From: Nakamurella sp.
Lineage (GTDB): Bacteria > Actinomycetota > Actinomycetes > Mycobacteriales > Nakamurellaceae
NCBI GenBank assembly: GCA_050999445.1
Contig: JBPCPG010000275.1
Span: 1-62,821, forward strand
Reading direction: 5' to 3'
Length of the DNA stretch: 62,821 nucleotides
The translations under genes and the position numbers were made by a program. The notes under the pieces are model-generated. The model worked only from the letters and a program-made list of their open reading frames with translations. It was not told the DNA's origin and made no database searches. This document shows positions 47,294-56,842 of the stretch, one piece after another. The stretch's first letter is position 1. The number at the start of each line of letters is the position of its first letter.

Positions 47294-47854
47294 ATGAACC
47301 TCCTGGCCGTCGACCCCATCACGTGCTCGCAAGAAGACCGCACCCGCGCCCGGCGATGGGTGGCCCGAACTTTGCAGCACCCGGCCACCGTCATCCTGGA
47401 CACCGAGACAGTTGACCTCGGCGCCGCGATGTGTGAGATCGCCGTGATCGACACTGCCGGACAGGTGCTGCTCAACACCCTGGTCAATCCGGGCAGGGAG
47501 AACCGGATGAACCAAGAGGCGCAGCAGATCCACGGGATCACCATGGACGAACTCGCAGACGCCCCGAATACCCGTACGGTCCTTCGCCAACTTGTCGCAA
47601 TCACTGCCAACAGCCCACACGTCATGACTTACAACGCCGACTACGACCGCAGGGTGATTGTTCGAGATGCCATCCGCGCCGACGTCGAACTGGACCATCT
47701 CCACGATCCCGACGTGTGGGGCTGCGTCATGCGCGCTCGGTCGGTAGCCGAAGGCCACCCGACCAGTTTCCTTCCTCTCAACGGGGGTCATCGAGCGCTC
47801 AACGACTGTCAAGCGACGTTGGCCCTGATGCGCACGATTGCGGATGTTCTGTGA
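47294..47854 (+). CDS. DEDDh 3'-5' exonuclease (DnaQ-like)
   Basis: ILDTET, HGIT, YNADYD, HRALNDC. Confidence 0.9.
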   Translation: MNLLAVDPITCSQEDRTRARRWVARTLQHPATVILDTETVDLGAAMCEIAVIDTAGQVLLNTLVNPGRENRMNQEAQQIHGITMDELADAPNTRTVLRQLVAITANSPHVMTYNADYDRRVIVRDAIRADVELDHLHDPDVWGCVMRARSVAEGHPTSFLPLNGGHRALNDCQATLALMRTIADVL

Positions 47855-48002
47855 CGCCACATGTCGTGGACACCTGGTCGGGACGAAACGGTGACCACCC
47901 TCAAGACCGACCGTGGTCGTGGTGGCAGTCGCACATGTAAGCGGCGGCCGGAACCGTCGTCGTCATGGCCATGGGGTGGTACCGACGGTCCTCATTTGTG
48001 AT

Positions 48003-48042
48003 TACCGGAATACCGGTTTACCGTATAGCCGTATAGCAGGGT
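48003..48042. promoter_or_regulatory. 8-bp-period repeat array
   Basis: TACCGGAA TACCGGTT TACCGTAT AGCCGTAT AGCAGGGT. Confidence 0.65.
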
Positions 48043-48115
48043 AGGTGTGTCGAGGGTTCTCAGAGGAACCTTGCGCTCAGCACCGTCATTCCGGTTCGTC
48101 GTAAGGAGTCGAGCA

Positions 48116-48475
48116 ATGCGCATCAGCCGCGATCAAGAACCTCGTTGGTACAGGGTCAGTGTTTTGGACGTAGGTCGGGAGCACCTGGGCCGCTGCATCG
48201 ACACCGGAGCTGCGGTCGGCACGTTGACCGCAGTCCACGATGCCTACTACAGCGGCAGTCCGTGCCGCACCTTGATGATCGACACGGTGGACGGGGAGAT
48301 CTTCACCGTCACCTACAGCGGTCGGGGTCCAGGATCCGCACATCTGCCGTGGGCCAGCACGGTGCTTCTCGATCAGATCAACGAGGGCGGCCGACTCAAC
48401 CTCGGCGTGTATCCGCACCTGTCACCTGAACGCCGGTGCAGCCTGGCGGCCACCGGCGTCGGCTCGGACGTTTGA
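48116..48475 (+). CDS. Hypothetical protein
   Basis: RBS AAGGAG before ATG. Confidence 0.5.
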   Translation: MRISRDQEPRWYRVSVLDVGREHLGRCIDTGAAVGTLTAVHDAYYSGSPCRTLMIDTVDGEIFTVTYSGRGPGSAHLPWASTVLLDQINEGGRLNLGVYPHLSPERRCSLAATGVGSDV

Positions 48476-48684
48476 GGGCCGATGTCGATGTCAACTCCAT
48501 CAATCAGTGCGCTCCGGGTTTGTTCCGAGTGCGGAACGACGGCTTGCTACGTCGGCTGGGATGCGTGTCCGGCAGCAGTACTGGGAGTGACGACTGCGGT
48601 CCGGTTCGGTGGCCGGCTGCAGGTGGCGGTTCGCACTCGTCGGTCTCGGCCCGCCGCTACATCCCCTTGCTCGGCACGAACCTC

Positions 48685-49650
48685 ATGAGCAGGGGCAGCA
48701 ACAATTCGGCGAAGCGGTTCGCCATCCCCCGATCGATGGCTCCTGGGTTCGGGGTCGTCGGTGACGGGCGGGCGGTCATTCTTCACGAGCCGGTATCCGG
48801 CGCTGACGTCCCCGTTCTGGTGGCCGAGATGCCGCCTATGCCCGCCCGTGGCCCGCACGGTGAGCAAATCGACGCCAGAGTTGCGATGGCCCTGTCCGCC
48901 GGGATGGCGTCCACGTTCGATCTGCAGGACGGCCCATTTCTAGCTGGCTGGTCGGCCCGCCGCAGTGATGCCCGACAGGTCGAAATCACTGCTGGAGCGG
49001 ATGTATTCGTCACGACCAATGGACACCTACCATCCCGGTGGCTCGAGTTGGTCGCAGAACGGCAGGAAGTCGTGATCGTCTGCGGCGTCGGGGTGATCGC
49101 GTCCGGGCAAGCGCCGGATCCCGCAGCGTTCACTGACGGCCAGGCCACCACCGCCCGAATCGCCTGGCGTACCCAGATTGGACAGAAACCGGGCTATCAC
49201 CTGTTGGATCTGCGGCCGGCAGGATTTGCCCTGCCGGTTCTCAGCTTTCCCGCTGATGAACTCCTTGCGCGCGGTCCGCTGCAGCAGTGGGGATTCGAGC
49301 ACCTGGGTGAACGTAACCCGAGCCAGCCTCTTCCGTTATCAGATCGGCTTGTCGTCAGCCTGCACACAGGGCCCGCTGACGTCGACGTCTTCGACGTCGG
49401 CGAAGGCGGAGTCGGTCAGCTCAAGTCGACCGCGCTCACTCCGATGACCGGAATGAAGGGCGCCGCCAACCGACCTGCTTGGGCGGACGCCGCCGCCGCC
49501 CAACACGGTTGCTACATGCTGCTGGCCACCACCCGGAACGCCATGAAAGCAGCGCCGAGCGACCTGCTGTTGAGCAGCTGGTGCGCCATCGCCCGAATCG
49601 TCGATCTAGCGCCGACGATGGACAGATCCAGTAGTGGAGATATCGGCTGA
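48685..49650 (+). CDS. Hypothetical protein
   Basis: Long ORF coupled to the MTase; start uncertain. Confidence 0.55.
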   Translation: MSRGSNNSAKRFAIPRSMAPGFGVVGDGRAVILHEPVSGADVPVLVAEMPPMPARGPHGEQIDARVAMALSAGMASTFDLQDGPFLAGWSARRSDARQVEITAGADVFVTTNGHLPSRWLELVAERQEVVIVCGVGVIASGQAPDPAAFTDGQATTARIAWRTQIGQKPGYHLLDLRPAGFALPVLSFPADELLARGPLQQWGFEHLGERNPSQPLPLSDRLVVSLHTGPADVDVFDVGEGGVGQLKSTALTPMTGMKGAANRPAWADAAAAQHGCYMLLATTRNAMKAAPSDLLLSSWCAIARIVDLAPTMDRSSSGDIG

Positions 49651-51194
49651 TGATCACAATGACGGATCTGTTCTGCGGCGCCGGCGGCTCCTCCACTGGA
49701 GCGCTGGCGGTTCCAGGTGTCACCGTCCGGATGGCCGCGAACCATTGGAAGCTCGCCGTGGAGACGCACAACACCAACCACCCGAGCACCGATCACGCGT
49801 GCGCCGACATCTCCCAGGTCGACCCAAGACTGTTCCCCCGCACCGATATTTTGTGGGCGAGCCCGGAGTGCACCTCGCACTCGCAGGCCCGCGGGAAGAA
49901 GCGGGAAGACACCACTCCGGACTTGTTCGGTGAAGTGCTGCCCGACGCCGCCGCCGAGCGGTCCCGGGCCACGATGTGGGACGTACCAAGATTCGCCGAA
50001 TACCACCGCTACCAAGCCGTCATCATCGAAAACGTCGTCGACGCATGGCATTGGCAGCCGTTCCCGGCATGGCTGATGGCGATGGACTCCCTCGGCTACG
50101 AACACCACCTGGTCTTCCTCAACTCCATGCACGCCCAATTCGGGGGCCTACCCGCGCCACAGTCCAGGGACCGCATGTACGTAGTGTTCTGGCGCAAAGG
50201 GAACCGCCGCCCGGATCTAGAGCGGCACACCCGACCACCGGCACTGTGCCCAACCTGCGGACCGGTCAAGGCGATGCAGGTCTTCAAGAGGCCGAAGAGC
50301 CTGGCGAAGCGACTACCGGACCCGCCGAAGTGGGGCCGGTACAGAGCGCAGTATCAGTTCAGGTGCCCGAACGTGGCGTGCCGCAACCAAATCCTCGAAC
50401 CGGCGTGGCTGCCAGCAGCGGCCGCGATCGACTGGTCACTGCCAGGGCAGCGGATCGGTGACCGCAACAAACCGCTCGCCGACAAGACGATGGCACGCAT
50501 CGAAGCCGGGCTCAAGAAGTACGCGGCTCCGCAACTCGTCCCAGCAGGCGGCACCTGGCGCGACGTAGCGACGTCTGTGCACGACGTCATGGGAACCAGA
50601 ACGACGCGGGAGACGGATGCGCTCCTCGTCCCCGTCGAGGGCAGGGACGGGAAGGAAGCGCGGGCGATCACTGAGGCGATGCGCACCATGACAACCCGCA
50701 GCGAAACAGCGTTCGTCGTGCCACTCCGCGCCAACAACACACCGAAGGCAGTGCGGGAGCCGTTCGACACCTTCGCAGCCAACGGCAATCACCACGCCCT
50801 GGTGATGCGGAACAACTCGAGCAAAGGCGCCGGAGCGGAGATGATCACCCCGATCACCGAAGTGCTCCGCACCCTCACCACCATGGGCCACCAATCGCTG
50901 CTGGTCCCGTACCGGTCAAAGTCGACCGCGCACCTGGCATTCGAACCGATGCCAACCCTGTCCACGGTCGACCCCGCCGCCCTCGCGTCGGTGGAACCGA
51001 ACATCGCCGACTGTCTATTTCGGATGCTTGAACCGGCCGAGATCGCGTGCGGCATGGCGTTTCCCACCACCTACGTCATCAAAGGCAATCGGCGCGAACA
51101 AGTCAGACAGTCTGGGAACGCTGTCACTCCCCCCGCAGCAAGAGATCTTGTTGCAGCAGTCGTGGAATCGCTTACTGGAAAGGGGATTTTCTGA
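49650..51194 (+). CDS. Orphan DNA (cytosine-5) methyltransferase
   Basis: DLFCGAGG, ASPEC, ENV, QSRDR, QSGNAV motifs. Confidence 0.92.
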   Translation: MITMTDLFCGAGGSSTGALAVPGVTVRMAANHWKLAVETHNTNHPSTDHACADISQVDPRLFPRTDILWASPECTSHSQARGKKREDTTPDLFGEVLPDAAAERSRATMWDVPRFAEYHRYQAVIIENVVDAWHWQPFPAWLMAMDSLGYEHHLVFLNSMHAQFGGLPAPQSRDRMYVVFWRKGNRRPDLERHTRPPALCPTCGPVKAMQVFKRPKSLAKRLPDPPKWGRYRAQYQFRCPNVACRNQILEPAWLPAAAAIDWSLPGQRIGDRNKPLADKTMARIEAGLKKYAAPQLVPAGGTWRDVATSVHDVMGTRTTRETDALLVPVEGRDGKEARAITEAMRTMTTRSETAFVVPLRANNTPKAVREPFDTFAANGNHHALVMRNNSSKGAGAEMITPITEVLRTLTTMGHQSLLVPYRSKSTAHLAFEPMPTLSTVDPAALASVEPNIADCLFRMLEPAEIACGMAFPTTYVIKGNRREQVRQSGNAVTPPAARDLVAAVVESLTGKGIF

Positions 51195-51378
51195 TGCGCC
51201 GCGAGTCGCGATTTTGGTTGAAGGTCATCAAACCAGGGCCGAACGAATGAATACGACTATCTCTGATATTCCGCTGCCGATGGTGCGCCCTGCTGCCACG
51301 CTGAGGTGCTACTGGAACTCGCCCCGCGGTTGACCTGTGACCGCCCGCCCGCTCACCCCACCCACGAAAGGAACCAAA

Positions 51379-51627
51379 ATGAGCACCCGCAAGGTGAAAG
51401 TCGAATACACCGTGACTACGCAGCACAAAGGTGTTTGTGAGGTTGAGATTGAAGAAGACGAGTTCCAGGAGTGGAACGGTTCCACTCCGGTCAGCACCGA
51501 TGCCGTGTTACTCGCGGGGTTCCTGGAAAGCGCGCGGAACGGTTGGGAGCCGCCGGATGGGTTGCCGTCGCCTGGCCCCTCTGACACGGAAGTCAGCATC
51601 GACTACGCCGACTGGGTGTCCTCGTGA
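51379..51627 (+). CDS. Hypothetical protein
   Basis: RBS AAAGGA; acidic phage-like ORF. Confidence 0.6.
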   Translation: MSTRKVKVEYTVTTQHKGVCEVEIEEDEFQEWNGSTPVSTDAVLLAGFLESARNGWEPPDGLPSPGPSDTEVSIDYADWVSS

Positions 51628-51833
51628 CCGCCGTTTGGGGCACGTGGTCGGTCGGGGAGCGTGTGACCCGCAAAGGCCCGCAGCCGGCGCATATCGCATC
51701 CCAGGACGGGACTGTTACCGCAGTTGGGGTCGGCGGTTGGAGTGGCACCGTGGATGTCTTGTACGACGGGCACTGCGGCTCGGTTGTCGCGGCGGTTGAT
51801 GATCTCGATCGGGCTCCCGGGGTGTCCTCGTGA
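51624..51833 (+). CDS. Hypothetical protein (SH3-like)
   Basis: Coupled GTGA overlaps; WSVGERV...GTV...VDVLYD. Confidence 0.5.
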   Translation: MTAVWGTWSVGERVTRKGPQPAHIASQDGTVTAVGVGGWSGTVDVLYDGHCGSVVAAVDDLDRAPGVSS

Positions 51834-52127
51834 CCGCCGTGCCGCAGGGAGCCGCACCGCTCACCGACGAACGGCTGGCCGAACTGAAAGCGAAAATTCT
51901 GGACGTCTACGGTTGTTCCGATGACGTACACCGCGAGCTGCTGGGGGAGAGTCGACATGCCAGTATTGAGCGTCGAAGCCAACGTCTTGCACGCCATCAT
52001 CGAAGGCGACGGCGAACACGCCGTTGAGCTGCTGCACGAACTTCTGCCCGGCGAGCTGAGGGATTTGCGCCGGTCGTTGAAACGGACGGACGCCGCCGTC
52101 GCTGGCGAACTTGCTGATCGAGGGTGA
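51830..52127 (+). pseudogene. Hypothetical protein, probably split by a frameshift in a G5 run (~51943-51947)
   Basis: Two overlapping short ORFs join into one coherent helical protein if one G is removed. Confidence 0.4.
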
Positions 52128-52130
52128 CCT

Positions 52131-52586
52131 ATGAACGGAAAATATGCGGCGAACACGGGCGTCCCTTCGGATCGTTCTCGTGCGGAGATTGAGAAGACGC
52201 TGATGCGGTACGGCGCGGAGCAGTTCGCCTACATGACCAGCAGCACGCAGGCCGCCATCGCGTTCGTCGTCAGCGAGCGGCAGGTCCGGTTGACGCTGAC
52301 ACTGCCCGACCGAAATTCCCCTGAGTTCGCCCGCACCACCACCGGCCGGGCGAAGGTCCCAACTGCCGCGGCCGCCGCGTATGAGCAGGCGGTGCGGCAG
52401 CGGTGGCGTGCCCTCGCGCTGGTCGTGAAGGCGAAACTGGAAGCGATCACCGTCGGCATCTCCACGCTGGAGATGGAGTTTGGTATGTCGATGGTCCTCC
52501 CGGATGGGCAGACCATCGGGCAGACGGTGCTCCCCCAGCTATCCGAAATCTACCGGGGGCGGCAGAAACTGGAGCTTCTACCGTGA
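52131..52586 (+). CDS. Phage-like conserved hypothetical protein
   Basis: YAANTGV..RSRAEIE..RYGA; QRWRAL.LVVKAKLEA..GI..EF. Confidence 0.7.
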   Translation: MNGKYAANTGVPSDRSRAEIEKTLMRYGAEQFAYMTSSTQAAIAFVVSERQVRLTLTLPDRNSPEFARTTTGRAKVPTAAAAAYEQAVRQRWRALALVVKAKLEAITVGISTLEMEFGMSMVLPDGQTIGQTVLPQLSEIYRGRQKLELLP

Positions 52587-53209
52587 ACGGCCGCCGACCT
52601 GTGACGCCCGAGGCCAGCGGGGGACCGACCCGACGGGAGATCGCTACCCACCCGGCAATGCTGTTGGACTGGGCAGTTCGTACCGTGACGGCTGGGGTGC
52701 TGGCCGAGGTTGGCCTGACCGACGACGCCGCAGATCTGGCGCAGCTTGGTGAGTTTTCCACGGCAATGTTCGCTTGGCCCGGGTTGCTCGAGCGTGCGGG
52801 TCGGATCCTTACATCGGCCCGGCATACCCTCACCGAGGCATTCCTGCTGGAGCATCAGGCCCGGCCGGGTGTCCTACCGGAGACGTACCAGGTGTTGCGT
52901 GAAGGCCTGGGCGATGATGTGTTGGCCGTGGCGGATGACGCTCGGATCGGGGTGCTCCCGCACCGAATAGGGCAACAGGCGTGGACGGCGATGTCAGTGG
53001 GGGTGCAGCTCCTGCATTTCCGACACGGCGCCCGAAGTCAGGAGATTCAACGGCTGCGGGACGCGGCGCAGGTCGGCCTGATGCAGCTGTACCAGGACCT
53101 CGCTGAATGGGCGCTCACCCATCCCGAAGCGTGCCCGTCGGGACTACCTGGTCAGGCCCGCACCGCTGGGTCGACCAGCTGGCCGCGGCTGACCTCGGAG
53201 AAGTCCTGA
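52583..53209 (+). CDS. Hypothetical protein
   Basis: Coupled ORF. Confidence 0.5.
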   Translation: MNGRRPVTPEASGGPTRREIATHPAMLLDWAVRTVTAGVLAEVGLTDDAADLAQLGEFSTAMFAWPGLLERAGRILTSARHTLTEAFLLEHQARPGVLPETYQVLREGLGDDVLAVADDARIGVLPHRIGQQAWTAMSVGVQLLHFRHGARSQEIQRLRDAAQVGLMQLYQDLAEWALTHPEACPSGLPGQARTAGSTSWPRLTSEKS

Positions 53210-53353
53210 TGAGCCTCGACATCAGCGATTCGAAGCATCCGGACTGCACCTGTGGCCCCAGCGCCTGCCAATGCGTGACTGTGGTCGACGGCGTGCTGCG
53301 ATGGCTCGCTCCGCCCAGTCGAGGTGGCGGAGTCGGAAACGATGTGAGCAAAC

Positions 53354-54203
53354 ATGGCTGACGGGTCCGCCATCCAGTGGACTAATTCCAGTTGGAACGT
53401 CGCCACCGGTTGCGATCGAATCTCCCCTGGTTGCGACCACTGTTACGCGATGGTTCTGTCCAAACGTCTGAAGGCGATGGGCGCCGAGAAGTACCAGAGT
53501 GACGGTGATCCGCGCACCAGTGGACCGGGGTTCGGGGTCGCGTTCCACGAGCGCTCGTTGACCGACCCGCTGCGTTGGCGGCGGCCGCGGAAGGTGTTCG
53601 TGAACAGCATGTCCGACCTTGCGCACGCTCAAATCTCCAACAGCGAGATCGCTCGGGTTTTCGGAGTGATGGCCTTGGCCGGTCAGCACAGCTTCCAGTT
53701 GCTCACCAAGCGTCCTCGGCGCCTACGGAACCTGTTGCCTCAGCAGGCATTCTGGGATGACGTTGCTGAGGTCACGGAGGAGCTGCGCGCAGCTGGGCAC
53801 TCAAAGACGAGCCCCGCGCTGAGCGGGGCTCCGTTGATGAACGTCTGGATCGGTACGTCGATCGAATCCAAACGATTACGTCTGGCGGGCTGAGGAGCTT
53901 CGCCGCACCCCAGCGGCCGTCCGGTTCCTGTCGCTGGAGCCGCTGCTTGGTCCGTTGCCGGACCTCGATTTCACCGGAATCGACTGGGTCATCGCCGGCG
54001 GTGAGAGCGGCCAGGGCCACCGGCCCTTGGATCTGGACTGGGTCCGGGACATTCGAGATCGTTGCGATGTGGCCAGCATTCCGTTTTTCTTCAAGCAGGT
54101 CGGCGGGCGGACACCCAAGTCGGGAGGCCGGATCCTGGATGGTCAAACCTGGGACGGCTATCCCGCCGGTCCCGGCGAGCCGGTGGCAATGGATCTGCGG
54201 TGA
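53354..54203 (+). pseudogene. DUF5131 (phage Gp37/Gp68, radical-SAM-like) protein, frameshifted
   Basis: WNVATGCDRISPGCDHCYA, FVNSMSDL, LLTKRP; an extra A at 53870-53872 shifts FLSLEPLLG, IDWVIAGGESG and FFFKQ into another frame. Confidence 0.85.
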
Positions 54204-54730
54204 CTGACTCGTCGTGGGCCGATCCGTCGGGTATTGCCGCGGGCCGAGGAGTGAGTCCCGGCATTGACGTCCATCTGGTGCACGGTGATCTCCTGGACCA
54301 GCATGTTGATGCGTTGGTCAATCCGTGGAACCGGAATTTCGTACCGCGGTGGTTGCTCCGCCCGGGTGGGGTGTCCGGCCAGCTGAAGCGACGCACCGGG
54401 CCCAAGCCCTGGAGGGAGTTGCGCCGCTGCGGCACCTTGGCGGTAGGGGAGGCAGTGATTACGGATGGCGGGCTCTTGCCCGTTGACCTTATCCACGTTG
54501 CGGGGATCAACGCGTGGTGGCGGGCTTCGGTGTCATCGGTTGCGCTGAGCACTCACAGTGTGGTCGTCGCCGGGTGGAAGGCCGGCTACCGCTCGCTGGC
54601 GATGCCGCTGATCGGAAGCGGCCACGGATCGTTGTCGTCGGAAGTTTCGTTGCGGACCATCCAGGGTGCGCTGGGCGAATACGCGAATTCCGAGCGGGCG
54701 ATGCTGGTGATCGTCGTGCTCCATTCATGA
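54200..54730 (+). CDS. Macrodomain (ADP-ribose binding/hydrolase) protein
   Basis: GDLLDQHVDALVNPWN, GGVSG, GEAVIT.GG, IHVAG, SLAMPLIGSGHG. Confidence 0.85.
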   Translation: MTDSSWADPSGIAAGRGVSPGIDVHLVHGDLLDQHVDALVNPWNRNFVPRWLLRPGGVSGQLKRRTGPKPWRELRRCGTLAVGEAVITDGGLLPVDLIHVAGINAWWRASVSSVALSTHSVVVAGWKAGYRSLAMPLIGSGHGSLSSEVSLRTIQGALGEYANSERAMLVIVVLHS

Positions 54731-54885
54731 GCGGTCGCTCGTGAAGGTCAGCCAAGATGAGCGATGGCTCAGCCGGTACGGTTGGACCAACATCTGGCCG
54801 CCTCGAGATCGAGGGACCGCCCGGTTGGCCCTAATAATTCGCCCGCACTAAACCACCAATCAGTTGAGATGGAGAGGAATCGGGG

Positions 54886-55986
54886 ATGAGTGTTGACGGG
54901 TTGGAGCCGCTGGTCGGCGTTCTTGCGCTGAGGGCGTTTCGGGTGTCAGCGGACGGTTTCCTGCTACCACTGAGCTTTGACAGCGATGACTGGGCAGAGG
55001 GGATCTGTATCGCCGGGTGTGTCAGAGCGACGCACTCAGCTCCCGATCCGCGGTGCACTTGCGGGCTGTACTCGCTGACCGATCTGCATGAGCTGCGCAC
55101 CCAGTACCACCAGGCCGACAAACTCCTTGCCGTCGTCGCGCTGGAAGGGGTTTCCGTAGAAGGGGCGATGGGTTGGCGGTCTCAGGCCGCTCGGGTAGTC
55201 GCCATCTGGATTTCACCTGACCACCGGCGTCGTATCCCGGCTGTGCAGGTCGCCGCGCTGCGGGCGAACTATCCGGCCATCGCCTTTCACACCGACCGTG
55301 CCGAGATGCTCACCCACTACCCGGCTTTGATTCCGCCGCCGCATCCGCGGCGGACAGCGTTGGCCGAAGCTGCCCGGCGCACTGTCTCGGCGATCCGCAG
55401 CGGGCGGATGAGCACCCGATCCGCGGTGTGGTGGACGGTGGCGGTGGCTGTCTCGTTCATCGTCATGCTGCGGTTGGGCCAGCCGAAGGAGTGGATGGTC
55501 GGCAGCGCCATCGAACTGAACCTGCCGCTGTGGTTGTTCGCTGCCGTCGGGGTGTGGACGGACCTGGCGCTGTGCCTGGGGCAGCTGCTGCGCCGCGGCG
55601 GCCGGGTGCCGCCGGTCTGGTCGTATTACCGGCCGGCCCGGTACACCTGGTGGGTTTCCAGTGCCGTCCTGTTCGCCTCTATCCCGGCCACCATCGCTCT
55701 GCACGGACCGCTGCATCTGTGGTTCCTGGGCCTGTGTGCCGCAGGGATGTTGTTGACCAAGCTCGGCGAAGTGTTCGTCCTGGCGCTGCCCCGCGCGGCC
55801 CGTTCCCGGCTCGGGCTGCTCGCCCGGATAGGCGTCCGGAAGAAGCCGCCCCGCACCGGCGTTACCGCCGCGCCGCGGCGCACCGTCATCGAACGACTGG
55901 GACGCATCCGATCCGCTGGCATTGTCGCCCCGATCAACATCACTACTCGACCCGCGCCGCCGCCGAAAAACTCACAGGAGAACTGA
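54886..55986 (+). CDS. Hypothetical protein: N-terminal H-x-AP..CxCGLY domain plus C-terminal TM helices
   Basis: RAFRV, HSAPDPRCTCGLY, GWRSQAARV; about four TM segments. Confidence 0.65.
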   Translation: MSVDGLEPLVGVLALRAFRVSADGFLLPLSFDSDDWAEGICIAGCVRATHSAPDPRCTCGLYSLTDLHELRTQYHQADKLLAVVALEGVSVEGAMGWRSQAARVVAIWISPDHRRRIPAVQVAALRANYPAIAFHTDRAEMLTHYPALIPPPHPRRTALAEAARRTVSAIRSGRMSTRSAVWWTVAVAVSFIVMLRLGQPKEWMVGSAIELNLPLWLFAAVGVWTDLALCLGQLLRRGGRVPPVWSYYRPARYTWWVSSAVLFASIPATIALHGPLHLWFLGLCAAGMLLTKLGEVFVLALPRAARSRLGLLARIGVRKKPPRTGVTAAPRRTVIERLGRIRSAGIVAPINITTRPAPPPKNSQEN

Positions 55987-55987
55987 C

Positions 55988-56119
55988 ATGGCCGACATCG
56001 GCGAAGGTGACAACCCACGACGCGTGGAAATATTGCCGCTCACCCCACCCGTGCTCCCCGCACGGGAAACACCCGCACCGGTTCCTACACCCGCGAAAGA
56101 GCCCGTCCCCAGTCGCTAG
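55988..56119 (+). CDS. 43-aa Pro-rich peptide (MADIGEGDNPRRVEILPL...)
   Basis: RBS CAGGAG; starts 1 nt after the upstream stop. Confidence 0.55.
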   Translation: MADIGEGDNPRRVEILPLTPPVLPARETPAPVPTPAKEPVPSR

Positions 56120-56227
56120 ATGAAGTACTGCATAGCGGCGAGGGTCGGCCGTGGGTGGATACCTCTTCCGGTTTCGCGGCCAGGTTGACCGAAGCTCTGC
56201 CCGCGGCTTCTTGGGCGACCCACTGCG

Positions 56228-56632
56228 TCACTTTCCGAGGACTTTCCGCACCGTCATCCGGTCGAGGCCGATCTGGCGGGCTGTGGTGGCTTTGGGGGCG
56301 CCGTCGCGCACCGCGAGCCGGGCGACCTGTTGCGCTGCGGCCATAGTCGTAGCTGTGTGAATCCGAGCGTCCCGCAGATTCCTGGCCTGTTCTTGCACAG
56401 TGGTCTCCCCGAGAATGCACTGCACCGTCGCTGACGTCGCAGCGTCCCGCTCCATTTGATCGTCGGGTTCCGGGTAGCGGGTGCTGATGAGCTCAAGCCC
56501 TGCGGTGAACCGCTTCGCCTGCTCGTCGGTCATCTCGTCGCGGGCCGGGCCAAGCCAGGCATCCATTTCATACGGGCACAAGGTCCGGAGCGTCTTCGCC
56601 GTACCCGCGACTGCTGTTGCTGCACCGTGCAT
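56228..56632 (-). CDS. HTH DNA-binding protein (actinophage-like)
   Basis: C-terminal GAPKATTARQIGLDRMTVRKVLGK; start uncertain. Confidence 0.65.
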   Translation of the reverse strand: MHGAATAVAGTAKTLRTLCPYEMDAWLGPARDEMTDEQAKRFTAGLELISTRYPEPDDQMERDAATSATVQCILGETTVQEQARNLRDARIHTATTMAAAQQVARLAVRDGAPKATTARQIGLDRMTVRKVLGK

Positions 56633-56659
56633 TTCGGCGGAAGATTGACGTGCACACTG

Positions 56660-56687
56660 CGCAGTTCTGTCCATTTGTGAGGCCGGC
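56660..56687 (+). repeat. 28-bp direct repeat, copy 2
   Basis: CGCAGTTCTGTCCATTTGTGAGGCCGGC; matches 720-747 with one mismatch. Confidence 0.85.
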
Positions 56688-56842
56688 ATCGGGCAGAGAG
56701 GGTACTGGTCGGTGGCCTGACACTCCGGCAAAATGAACAAAGCCCCGGCGACGTAGCCGCAAGCGGCCAGAGGTCATCCGGGGCAATTCGTCTTCCACTA
56801 TAGCAAGCGCGGTGGGGTGATGCCCCGCGGTACGGTTCGGCG

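Noticed and set aside
51337-54203. Prophage
   Set aside because: Phage-like accessory ORFs only; no capsid, terminase, tail or integrase
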